In this document: in pieces, positions 1 to 5,489 of the stretch | Layout of the letters: every line of letters begins with the position of its first letter | Numbering within the stretch: position 1 is the first letter of the stretch | Sequence record: MG563770.1 | Length of the DNA stretch: 5,489 bases | Direction: 5' to 3' (one strand) | Source of the DNA: Escherichia phage EMCL318 | Made by a program: the position numbers and the translations under genes | Notes under the pieces: model-generated | The model's database searches: none | What the model was told of the DNA's origin: nothing | The model's input: only the letters and a program-made list of their open reading frames with translations

Positions 1-3
1 TGC

Positions 4-33
4 TTGACTAAAATCTATCTCTTCACTTAACAT
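4..33 (+). promoter_or_regulatory. Candidate sigma70 promoter for gene A (PA-like): -35 TTGACT at 4-9, 18-nt spacer, -10 TAACAT at 28-33
   Basis: Read directly from the sequence: 5/6 match to TTGACA and 4/6 match to TATAAT with the invariant A2 and T6 present. The position just upstream of A matches where phiX174-type phages place PA. The -10 overlaps the ATG at 32. Confidence 0.35.
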
Positions 34-61
34 GCCTCCAAACCAACGGAGGCTTTTCTAC

Positions 62-1732
62 ATGCAACAACACTTAACCGCTTCGGACTTCTACCGCAAA
101 CCAATAATCGACGCTATCAAACCTCTTGTCGAAACTGCTGGAATGTCTGTGCTTACTCAATCTCCTAACCTCCGTATCTGGAAACAGTGCAATACTCGCG
201 TAAAACTGCTGGAAGAAATTCTAAATCACTACACTAACGGTATTCGCCGTGATGATAATGGTGACTTCTTTCTCAACCCTGAATGCCAACTCGCTACTAC
301 AATTGCTTATCGTGCTCACAAAAAGGGCCATAACCCTCGCTTTAAACAATACCCTGAATCGTTCACTCTGGACGATATTATTACTGGCAAGCCAATCCCT
401 CAGACTGCTCCTTCTGAACTTCAACTTACTGATGAAATCGGTGAGGATTACCGCCTTACTGTACTCTCCATAATCGAAGAGTTAGACGAATGCTACAACG
501 TGCTCGGACAACTTGATATTAATAACACTATAGACCACAAACCTATCGGTAACGCCAAATGGGACTTAATGTATGAAAAACCTGTCTATAAACACTGGTA
601 TGAACTGGTATCAAAACGACCCCTTAAATCAATCAGAGAGGACTACAACTATGCAAAGGCTAAGGGTACTAAAGATGAGTGCTCGAAAATCCTTGAGGAA
701 TCCACCATGAAATCCCGGCGCGGCTTTACCGTACAAAGATTAATGAATGCTATGCGCACCGCTCACACTGATGGATGGTACGTTGTATTCGATACTCTTA
801 CCTTAGCTGATGACCGTATTAAGGACTTCTATGCTAACCCCAATGCTCTTCGTGACTATTTCCGTGATATTGGTCGTATGGTCCTCACTGCCGAGGGTCG
901 TTCGGTCCATGATTCATCTACGGACTGCTATCAGTACTTTTGTGTGCCTGAGTATGGCACCCAGCATGGCCGTTTACACTTTCACGCAGTGCATCTTATG
1001 CGCACACTTCCTTTGGGTTCTCTCGACCCTAACTTTGGTAAGCTGGTGCGTACTAATCGGCAAATAAATAGCTTGCAAAACACATGGCCTTATGGTTACT
1101 CTATGCCCATCGCAGTCCGGTACTCTCAAGATGCTTTCTCTCGCGCTGGATGGCTCTGGCCTGTTGATACAAAGGGTGAACCCCTTAAATCCACCTCGTA
1201 TATGGCTGTAGGCTTCTACGTTGCTAAATACGTTAATAAAAAATCTGATGTTGACATAGCCGCAAAAGGCTTAGGGAATCAAAAATGGAACGCTACATTA
1301 AAAACGCAGATGGCTCTTTTACCAAAGAAACTATTCCGAATCCGAATGAGCCGCAACTTCGGGATGAAACTACTCCCAATGACGACGCTCACCGCGGAGT
1401 GCTTAATCCAACTGACCCAAGTGGGTTACGACGTGACCCCGTTCAACAACATCTTGAAGCAGAACGCCAAGAAAGAGCTACGATTGAGGCTGGCAAAGCA
1501 ATCTGTAGCCGACGTTTTGGAGGCGCAACCTGTGACGACCAATCTGCTAAAATTCATGCGCAATTTGACCCGCAAAATCGGAGCGTCCAGCCTACAGAGT
1601 TTTATCGCTTCAATGACGCAGAAATTAGCAAGTACGGATATTTCTGATGAAACCAAAAACTACGTTACTAATGCAGGAATTGCTGTTGCTGACTTACGAC
1701 TTAAATCGAAGTGGACTGCTGGTGGAAAATGA
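62..1732 (+). CDS. A: Replication initiation protein A (HUH rolling-circle endonuclease), 556 aa from ATG 62; the ORF is open from an upstream ATG at 32 (566 aa)
   Basis: The translation matches recalled phiX174 protein A over long stretches ([17 protein letters not shown], MKSRRGF, [16 protein letters not shown], [90 protein letters not shown]). GGAGG at 48-52 sits 9 nt before ATG 62; no Shine-Dalgarno precedes ATG 32. The TGA stop at 1730-1732 overlaps the C start. Confidence 0.9.
   Translation: MQQHLTASDFYRKPIIDAIKPLVETAGMSVLTQSPNLRIWKQCNTRVKLLEEILNHYTNGIRRDDNGDFFLNPECQLATTIAYRAHKKGHNPRFKQYPESFTLDDIITGKPIPQTAPSELQLTDEIGEDYRLTVLSIIEELDECYNVLGQLDINNTIDHKPIGNAKWDLMYEKPVYKHWYELVSKRPLKSIREDYNYAKAKGTKDECSKILEESTMKSRRGFTVQRLMNAMRTAHTDGWYVVFDTLTLADDRIKDFYANPNALRDYFRDIGRMVLTAEGRSVHDSSTDCYQYFCVPEYGTQHGRLHFHAVHLMRTLPLGSLDPNFGKLVRTNRQINSLQNTWPYGYSMPIAVRYSQDAFSRAGWLWPVDTKGEPLKSTSYMAVGFYVAKYVNKKSDVDIAAKGLGNQKWNATLKTQMALLPKKLFRIRMSRNFGMKLLPMTTLTAECLIQLTQVGYDVTPFNNILKQNAKKELRLRLAKQSVADVLEAQPVTTNLLKFMRNLTRKIGASSLQSFIASMTQKLASTDISDETKNYVTNAGIAVADLRLKSKWTAGGK
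509..538 (+). other. Viral (+) strand origin of rolling-circle replication: 30-nt conserved origin CAACTTGATATTAATAACACTATAGACCAC, expected nick between G515 and A516
   Basis: Exact 30/30 match to the recalled phiX174 origin 30-mer that protein A nicks. It lies inside gene A and encodes [12 protein letters not shown], as in phiX174 and G4. Confidence 0.85.
707..1732 (+). CDS. A*: A* protein: in-frame internal start within A, 341 aa, begins MKSRRGF
   Basis: ATG at 707 is in the A frame and corresponds to the phiX174 A* start (residue 173 of phiX A, MKSRRGF). GAGGA at 692-696 lies 10 nt upstream. The predicted length equals phiX174 A* (341 aa). Confidence 0.5.
   Translation: MKSRRGFTVQRLMNAMRTAHTDGWYVVFDTLTLADDRIKDFYANPNALRDYFRDIGRMVLTAEGRSVHDSSTDCYQYFCVPEYGTQHGRLHFHAVHLMRTLPLGSLDPNFGKLVRTNRQINSLQNTWPYGYSMPIAVRYSQDAFSRAGWLWPVDTKGEPLKSTSYMAVGFYVAKYVNKKSDVDIAAKGLGNQKWNATLKTQMALLPKKLFRIRMSRNFGMKLLPMTTLTAECLIQLTQVGYDVTPFNNILKQNAKKELRLRLAKQSVADVLEAQPVTTNLLKFMRNLTRKIGASSLQSFIASMTQKLASTDISDETKNYVTNAGIAVADLRLKSKWTAGGK
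1285..1647 (+). CDS. B: Internal scaffolding protein B, 120 aa, overprinted within gene A in a different frame
   Basis: The translation ([57 protein letters not shown]) matches recalled phiX174 protein B and has the same length. The TGA stop at 1645-1647 overlaps the K start (TGATG). Confidence 0.9.
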   Translation: MERYIKNADGSFTKETIPNPNEPQLRDETTPNDDAHRGVLNPTDPSGLRRDPVQQHLEAERQERATIEAGKAICSRRFGGATCDDQSAKIHAQFDPQNRSVQPTEFYRFNDAEISKYGYF

Positions 1733-1817
1733 AGAACTTCAATCTCAACTTAAAGAACTCGAGGGCGTCTTACTTCGCAACCTTTCGCCATCATCTAAAC
1801 GTGGTGGCAAAGACTGA
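1647..1817 (+). CDS. K: Protein K, 56 aa, overlapping the 3' end of A and the 5' end of C in the third frame
   Basis: Not in the supplied ORF track (too short). My translation from ATG 1647 is [56 protein letters not shown] with TGA at 1815-1817. It matches recalled phiX174 K (…KQELLLLVYELNRSGLLAENEKI…CDLSPS…) and has the same 56-aa length. Confidence 0.8.
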   Translation: MKPKTTLLMQELLLLTYDLNRSGLLVENEELQSQLKELEGVLLRNLSPSSKRGGKD

Positions 1818-1998
1818 CGCACTTGATGAGGAAAAATGGCTCAACATGATGGGCGCTCTTCTCAAGGACTGGTTCCGCTATGAACAACATTTCGTACATG
1901 GCAAAGAATCAATGCTTGACATTCTAAATGAACGTGGCCTATTATCCACCTTGCCAAATGGCTTAACTTGCAAAGGAATCAAAAATGAAAGCAAATGA
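1729..1998 (+). CDS. C: Protein C (ssDNA synthesis and packaging switch), 89 aa
   Basis: From ATG 1729 the translation is [40 protein letters not shown]…, matching recalled phiX174 C (SSYFATFRH…[13 protein letters not shown]…KDWFRYE.HFVHG). The ATG overlaps the A stop as ATGA (1729-1732). The ORF-track start at 1711 is a GTG extension. Confidence 0.85.
   Translation: MKNFNLNLKNSRASYFATFRHHLNVVAKTDALDEEKWLNMMGALLKDWFRYEQHFVHGKESMLDILNERGLLSTLPNGLTCKGIKNESK
1916..1945 (+). promoter_or_regulatory. Candidate sigma70 promoter for the late genes (PD-like): -35 TTGACA at 1916-1921, 18-nt spacer, -10 TATTAT at 1940-1945
   Basis: 6/6 match at -35 and 5/6 at -10, read directly from the sequence. It lies inside gene C about 40 nt upstream of the D start, where phiX174-type phages place PD. 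Confidence 0.4.
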
Positions 1999-2446
1999 GA
2001 ACGCAGTAGCCTTTCAAACCGCTATTGCCTCCATCAAACTTATTCGGTCATCTTCTGTTCTTGACCTGACTGAGGACGATTTCGAATTCTTAACTCGTGA
2101 CCGTGTATGGATTGCAACTGACCGCTCCCGTGCTCGCCGCGCTATTGAGGCTTGCGTCTATGGAACACTGGACTTTGTCGGCTATCCTCGCTTTCCTGCT
2201 CCTATTGAGTTTATTGCTGCCGTCATTGCTTATTATGTTCATCCCGTTAACATTCAAACGGCATGTCTTATTATGGAAGGCGCTGAATTCACCGAAAACA
2301 TCATTAATGGTGTCGATGCCCCGGTTAAAGCCGCTGAACTCTTCGCGTTTACCCTGCGTGTACGCGCCGGAAACACTGAACTTATTACTTACGCAGAAAA
2401 CAACGCACGTGAAAAATTACGTGCTCAAGGAGTGATGGATGTCTAA
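1985..2446 (+). CDS. D: External scaffolding protein D, 153 aa
   Basis: Strong match to recalled phiX174 D (FQTAxASIKLI, VLDLTEDDF.FLT, VWIATDRSRARR, EACVYGTLDFVGYPRFPAP.EFIAAVIAYYVHPVNIQTACLIMEGAEFTENIINGV, PVKAAELFAFTLRVRAGNT). AAGGA at 1972-1976 lies 8 nt before the ATG. The start overlaps the C 3' end by 14 nt. Confidence 0.92.
   Translation: MKANENAVAFQTAIASIKLIRSSSVLDLTEDDFEFLTRDRVWIATDRSRARRAIEACVYGTLDFVGYPRFPAPIEFIAAVIAYYVHPVNIQTACLIMEGAEFTENIINGVDAPVKAAELFAFTLRVRAGNTELITYAENNAREKLRAQGVMDV
2160..2435 (+). CDS. E: Lysis protein E (MraY-inhibiting membrane protein), 91 aa, overprinted in the +1 frame of D
   Basis: From ATG 2160 the translation MEHWTLSAILAFLLLLSLLLPSLLIMFIPLTFKR…LPCVYA.ETL…LLTQK…VKNYV.KE matches recalled phiX174 E, including the N-terminal transmembrane segment with Pro21, and has the same 91-aa length. 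GAGG at 2147-2150 is upstream. The ORF-track start at 2097 is a GTG extension. Confidence 0.85.
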   Translation: MEHWTLSAILAFLLLLSLLLPSLLIMFIPLTFKRHVLLWKALNSPKTSLMVSMPRLKPLNSSRLPCVYAPETLNLLLTQKTTHVKNYVLKE

Positions 2447-2519
2447 AAAATCTATTCGCCGTTCTGGCGGTAAATCTAAAGGTGCTCGCCTCTGGTATGT
2501 TGGCGGCACACAATTCTAA
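2439..2519 (+). CDS. J: Small basic DNA-binding/packaging protein J, 26 aa (MSKKSIRRSGGKSKGARLWYVGGTQF)
   Basis: My translation from ATG 2439 to TAA 2517-2519. It has 7 Lys/Arg and no acidic residues. AAGGAG at 2427-2432 lies 6 nt upstream. It is short like the G4-type J rather than the 38-aa phiX174 J. It overlaps the D 3' end by 8 nt. Confidence 0.85.
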   Translation: MSKKSIRRSGGKSKGARLWYVGGTQF

Positions 2520-2526
2520 TCTTTAA

Positions 2527-2540
2527 GGGGCTTCGGCCCC
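2527..2540 (+). terminator. J-F intergenic stem-loop GGGGC-TTCG-GCCCC (5-bp GC stem, UUCG-type tetraloop), followed by TCTATTT
   Basis: Perfect inverted repeat read from the sequence. It sits at the position of the post-J terminator/mRNA-stabilising hairpin of phiX174-type phages, immediately before the F ribosome-binding site. Confidence 0.5.
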
Positions 2541-2558
2541 TCTATTTAAGGATACAAA

Positions 2559-3839
2559 ATGTCTAACGTACAAACTTCCGCAGAACGTATTCCGCATGAC
2601 CTCTCACATCTGGTCTTCGAAGCTGGTAAAATCGGTCGCCTTAAAACTATCTCTTGGACTCCTGTTGTCGCTGGTGATTCTTACGAAACTGAAATGGTAG
2701 GCGCTATTCGCCTCTCCCCACTCCGTCGTGGTCTGGCTGTCGACTCTCGCGTCGACGTCTTTACTTTCTACATTCCTCATCGTCATGTCTACGGTCAACA
2801 ATGGATTGACTTTATGAAGACTGGCGTTAACGCTACTCCTTTGGCTCCCGTGACTTGTGCTTCTGGCTGGGACTCTGCTGCCTATCTTGGCACTATCCCG
2901 TCAACTAACTTGAAGGTTCCTAAATTCCTTCATCAATCTTATCTGAACATTTACAACAACTACTTTAAGCCGCCGTGGTCTAATGACCTCACTTACGCTA
3001 ACCCATCTAATATGCCTGCTGAGGATTACAAATGGGGCGTTCGTGTCGCTAACTTAAAATCTATCTGGACCGCGCCCCTTCCTCCTGATTCATTAACTAA
3101 GCAGGATATGACCACTGGCGCTACTACTATCGATATTATGGGCCTACAAGCTGCCTATGCTAAACTCCATACTGAACAGGAACGTGACTACTTCATGACT
3201 CGCTACCGCGATATTATGAAAGACTTTGGCGGTCACACCTCTTATGACGGTGATAACCGTCCTCTGCTCCTGATGCGCTCTGAATTTTGGGCCTCTGGCT
3301 ATGACGTCGACGGTACTGACCAAACTTCATTGGGTCAGTTCTCTGGTCGCGTCCAACAAACTTTTAATCATAAAGTGCCTCGCTTCTATGTTCCTGAGCA
3401 TGGCGTAATTATGACTTTATCTGTTACTCGCTTCCCTCCTACTCATGAAATGGAAATGCACTATCTCGTCGGTAAGGAATCTCTAACTTACACTGATATT
3501 GCCTGTGACCCTGCTCTTATGGCTAACCTGCCTCCACGTGAAATTGAGGTAAAAGACCTCTTCCACTCTGCTGGCACTGGTAAATTCAAAATTGCCGAAG
3601 GTCAATGGTATCGTACTCAACCTGACCGCGTTGCCTTCCCTTATAACGCTCTCGACGGCTTCCCTTTCTACTCTAAACTGCCGTCTAATGATATTCTCGA
3701 ACGTGTACTTGTTCACACTGATAACTACGATGAAATATTCCAGTCTATGCAACTTGTACACTGGAATATGCAAACTAAATTTAACACTACTGTATATCGT
3801 CATATGCCTACTACTCGCGATGGCATCATGACTTCTTAA
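2559..3839 (+). CDS. F: Major capsid protein F, 426 aa
   Basis: Extensive match to recalled phiX174 F (MSN.QT.AER.PHDLSHL, GRL.TIS.TPV.AGDS, RLSPLRRGLA.DS.VD.FTFY.PHRHVYG.QWI.FMK.GVNATPL, YLNIYNNYFK.PW, IWTAPLPP, IDIMGLQAAYA.LHT.QERDYFM.RY, DNRPLL.MRS, WASGYDVDGTDQTSLGQFSGRVQQT, FKIAEGQWYR, VYR..PTTRD.IMTS). AAGGA at 2548-2552 lies 6 nt before the ATG. Confidence 0.95.
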   Translation: MSNVQTSAERIPHDLSHLVFEAGKIGRLKTISWTPVVAGDSYETEMVGAIRLSPLRRGLAVDSRVDVFTFYIPHRHVYGQQWIDFMKTGVNATPLAPVTCASGWDSAAYLGTIPSTNLKVPKFLHQSYLNIYNNYFKPPWSNDLTYANPSNMPAEDYKWGVRVANLKSIWTAPLPPDSLTKQDMTTGATTIDIMGLQAAYAKLHTEQERDYFMTRYRDIMKDFGGHTSYDGDNRPLLLMRSEFWASGYDVDGTDQTSLGQFSGRVQQTFNHKVPRFYVPEHGVIMTLSVTRFPPTHEMEMHYLVGKESLTYTDIACDPALMANLPPREIEVKDLFHSAGTGKFKIAEGQWYRTQPDRVAFPYNALDGFPFYSKLPSNDILERVLVHTDNYDEIFQSMQLVHWNMQTKFNTTVYRHMPTTRDGIMTS

Positions 3840-3848
3840 AACAAAACG

Positions 3849-3913
3849 TTGAACGGGTACAAATTTTAATTTGTGCCTGTTCAAGGTTGAACAAGCGAAG
3901 CGCGTTAGCTAAC
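3849..3913 (+). other. F-G intergenic structured region: long imperfect hairpin (3849-3884), GCGAAGC mini-hairpin motif (3895-3901) and 10-bp palindrome GTTAGCTAAC (3904-3913); candidate complementary-strand origin and/or post-F terminator
   Basis: Inverted repeats read directly from the sequence: arms TTGAACGGGTACAAATT and AATTTGTGCCTGTTCAA give 15 Watson-Crick pairs plus 2 G:T pairs. In G4-type phages the primase-dependent complementary-strand origin lies in the F-G intergenic region. Confidence 0.45.
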
Positions 3914-3931
3914 TTACTTAAGGAAATTCTC

Positions 3932-4465
3932 ATGTTTCAAACTTATCTCTCTAAACATAATTCTCCGTTAACTTCTCAGTCTATTACTGCTACAAAAACA
4001 CCTGCGGCTGCTGCTCCGATTATTTCTACACCGGAGCTTAGCCGCTCTACTATTTTCGCTGGCTTAACTCTGACTGCTGCCACTGCTCATTCTGGTGTCG
4101 CTCATGTCGTTCGTATTGACGAAACCAATCCTACTGACAATCAGGTTTTATCGGTCGCCGCTTCTTTATCTGGCGTACCGTCTGATGCTATTGCTATTGC
4201 TATTCGCTTTGAAGTCGCTGACGGTACCGTCCCTACTGCTCTCCCTGCTCTCTACTCTGCTTATCCGGTGGAATTCTTCACTTCTGGCGCTGCTCTGTCT
4301 TGTAAGGATGCCGTATCTATTCCGACGCATCCTGTTACTGCTGGTAATGATGTATATGCTGGTATTCTTATCTGGTCCAAATCTTGGTCCGCTGGTGTCG
4401 TCTCCGGCCTCTTATCTGTTAATCAGGTAAATCGTGAAACTACCGTACTCCAACCTCTTAAATAA
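3932..4465 (+). CDS. G: Major spike protein G, 177 aa
   Basis: From ATG 3932 the translation MFQTYLSKHNSP… with C-terminus …LSVNQVNRETTVLQPLK matches recalled phiX174 G (MFQTFISRHNS…LVSLNQVIKEI.CLQPLK), and the central region keeps RFE, VPT.LP.AY and GN.VY.G motifs. AAGGA at 3920-3924 lies 7 nt upstream. The ORF-track start at 3887 is a TTG extension. Confidence 0.9.
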   Translation: MFQTYLSKHNSPLTSQSITATKTPAAAAPIISTPELSRSTIFAGLTLTAATAHSGVAHVVRIDETNPTDNQVLSVAASLSGVPSDAIAIAIRFEVADGTVPTALPALYSAYPVEFFTSGAALSCKDAVSIPTHPVTAGNDVYAGILIWSKSWSAGVVSGLLSVNQVNRETTVLQPLK

Positions 4466-4475
4466 GGTCTAATCT

Positions 4476-5489
4476 ATGTTCGGTGCAATCGCTGGCGGTA
4501 TCGCCTCCTCTCTCGCTGGTGGACTCCTGAACAAAGCATTCGGGGGCGGTTCTTCCGCTCCCCAATCTGGCGTTCAAGGTAATGTCCTCGCTACTGACAA
4601 TAATGTAATCGGTGCTAATGATGCTGGTATCAAATCCGCTATTCAGGGTTCTAATCCTCCCAATAGTCAACAAGCTGCTCCCAATGCTATATCGGGCGTT
4701 CTTGCCGATACTGGCAAAGACGCCCTATCTTCAATCACTGGCGCTGGCGTTAATAAACTTATGGAAAAAGTCGGGCTATCTAAAGATGCTGCTGCTAAAG
4801 GTAAGGATACAAAAGATTATCTTGCTTCTGCGTTCCCCGAACTCAACCCGTGGGAACGTGCTGGCGCTGGTGCTTCTTCTGCTGGAATGGTTGATGCGGG
4901 ATTCCAAAACCAAAAGGAATTAACTCGCATGCAGCTTGACAATCAAAAAGAAATCGCTAAGATGCAAAACGACACTCAAAAGGATATCGCTGGTATCCAG
5001 TCTCTTACTTCTCGGCAAAATACTAAGGACTCTGTGTATGCTCAAAACGAAATGCTCCAATACAACCAAAAAGAATCTATGTCACGTGTTGGCGCTATTC
5101 TCGAAAACACAAGCCTCACCAAACAACAACAAACTTCTGAAATTATGCGGCAAATGCTTACTCAAGCTCAGACCGCAGGTCAACATTTTACAAATGACCA
5201 AATCCAAGAACTTACTCGAAAGGTCGGCGCTGATATTGATGCTGTTCGTGCTAACACTGAACGTACACATGTAGAAACGGACCGCTCTAAGCAGGAGGTC
5301 CAAAACTCTCGTTACGCTTCCTCACAAGTCGGTAAAACCGCTAAGGATGTATCAAATGTCATTAGTGACGCATCTTCTGGTATTGTTGATTATTTTCGTG
5401 GCGTTGATAAAGCTGTCGCGGATACTTGGAACAATTATTTCAAAGATGGCAAATCGGATGGGATAAGCTCAAATCATCGTACCAAATAA
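4476..5489 (+). CDS. H: Minor spike / DNA pilot protein H, 337 aa
   Basis: Strong match to recalled phiX174 H ([151 protein letters not shown]). AAGG at 4464-4467 lies 8 nt upstream. The TAA stop is the last 3 nt of the window. Confidence 0.93.
   Translation: MFGAIAGGIASSLAGGLLNKAFGGGSSAPQSGVQGNVLATDNNVIGANDAGIKSAIQGSNPPNSQQAAPNAISGVLADTGKDALSSITGAGVNKLMEKVGLSKDAAAKGKDTKDYLASAFPELNPWERAGAGASSAGMVDAGFQNQKELTRMQLDNQKEIAKMQNDTQKDIAGIQSLTSRQNTKDSVYAQNEMLQYNQKESMSRVGAILENTSLTKQQQTSEIMRQMLTQAQTAGQHFTNDQIQELTRKVGADIDAVRANTERTHVETDRSKQEVQNSRYASSQVGKTAKDVSNVISDASSGIVDYFRGVDKAVADTWNNYFKDGKSDGISSNHRTK

Noticed and set aside
32-61. ATG at 32 as the A start codon (566-aa product)
   Set aside because: It has no Shine-Dalgarno and overlaps the predicted -10 hexamer, so it is probably not on the mRNA; ATG 62 has GGAGG at optimal spacing. 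It is retained as an alternative in the A feature.
1251-1279. TTGACA at 1251-1256 as a promoter for B
   Set aside because: The only -10 candidate at correct spacing is GGGAAT/AGGGAA (poor), and the predicted transcription start would fall at or after the B start codon. A real PB, if present, is probably further upstream inside A.
249-3831. + strand alternate-frame ORFs 249-473, 810-1067 and 3592-3831 inside A and F
   Set aside because: Leu/Ser/Thr-rich low-complexity translations typical of out-of-frame reading of T-rich codons, with no convincing ATG plus Shine-Dalgarno and no resemblance to known microvirus proteins.
1711-3931. ORF-track N-terminal extensions of C (GTG 1711), E (GTG 2097) and G (TTG 3887)
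   Set aside because: The track opens ORFs at the first alternative start codon. In each case a downstream ATG with a Shine-Dalgarno motif (1729, 2160, 3932) gives a product whose N-terminus and length match the recalled phiX174 homologue.
221-5303. Minus-strand ORFs in the track (221-424, 1426-1656, 2604-2801, 3483-3884, 4458-4673, 5082-5303)
   Set aside because: All lie antisense to well-supported + strand genes; microviruses of this type transcribe only one strand; none resembles a known protein; and none has an obvious ribosome-binding site. They are most likely chance ORFs.
1-5489. Possibility of a prophage, defence island or CRISPR array
   Set aside because: There is no integrase, tRNA, attachment-site-like direct repeats, spaced repeat array or non-phage gene; the whole window is accounted for by microvirus genes and short intergenic spacers.

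Overview
The window reads as a complete or near-complete genome of a phiX174/G4-type microvirus (Microviridae, Bullavirinae; closest in layout to the G4-like coliphages), entirely coded on the + strand in the canonical order A(A*)-B-K-C-D-E-J-F-G-H. All assignments rest on my recall of phiX174/G4 protein sequences and on reading frames, start codons and Shine-Dalgarno motifs in the sequence; no database search was run. Supported features include replication initiator A with its internal A* start and the 30-nt viral-strand origin (identical to the phiX174 30-mer), the overprinted genes B, K and E, and structured J-F and F-G intergenic regions. The window starts about 60 nt upstream of A and ends exactly at the H stop, so it is probably a circular genome linearised in the H-A intergenic region. 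I do not see an undescribed system: there is no cargo, no integrase, no CRISPR and no minus-strand gene. The points worth checking are the A start codon, the short F-G intergenic region carrying a candidate complementary-strand origin, and whether any further alternate-frame ORFs are real.
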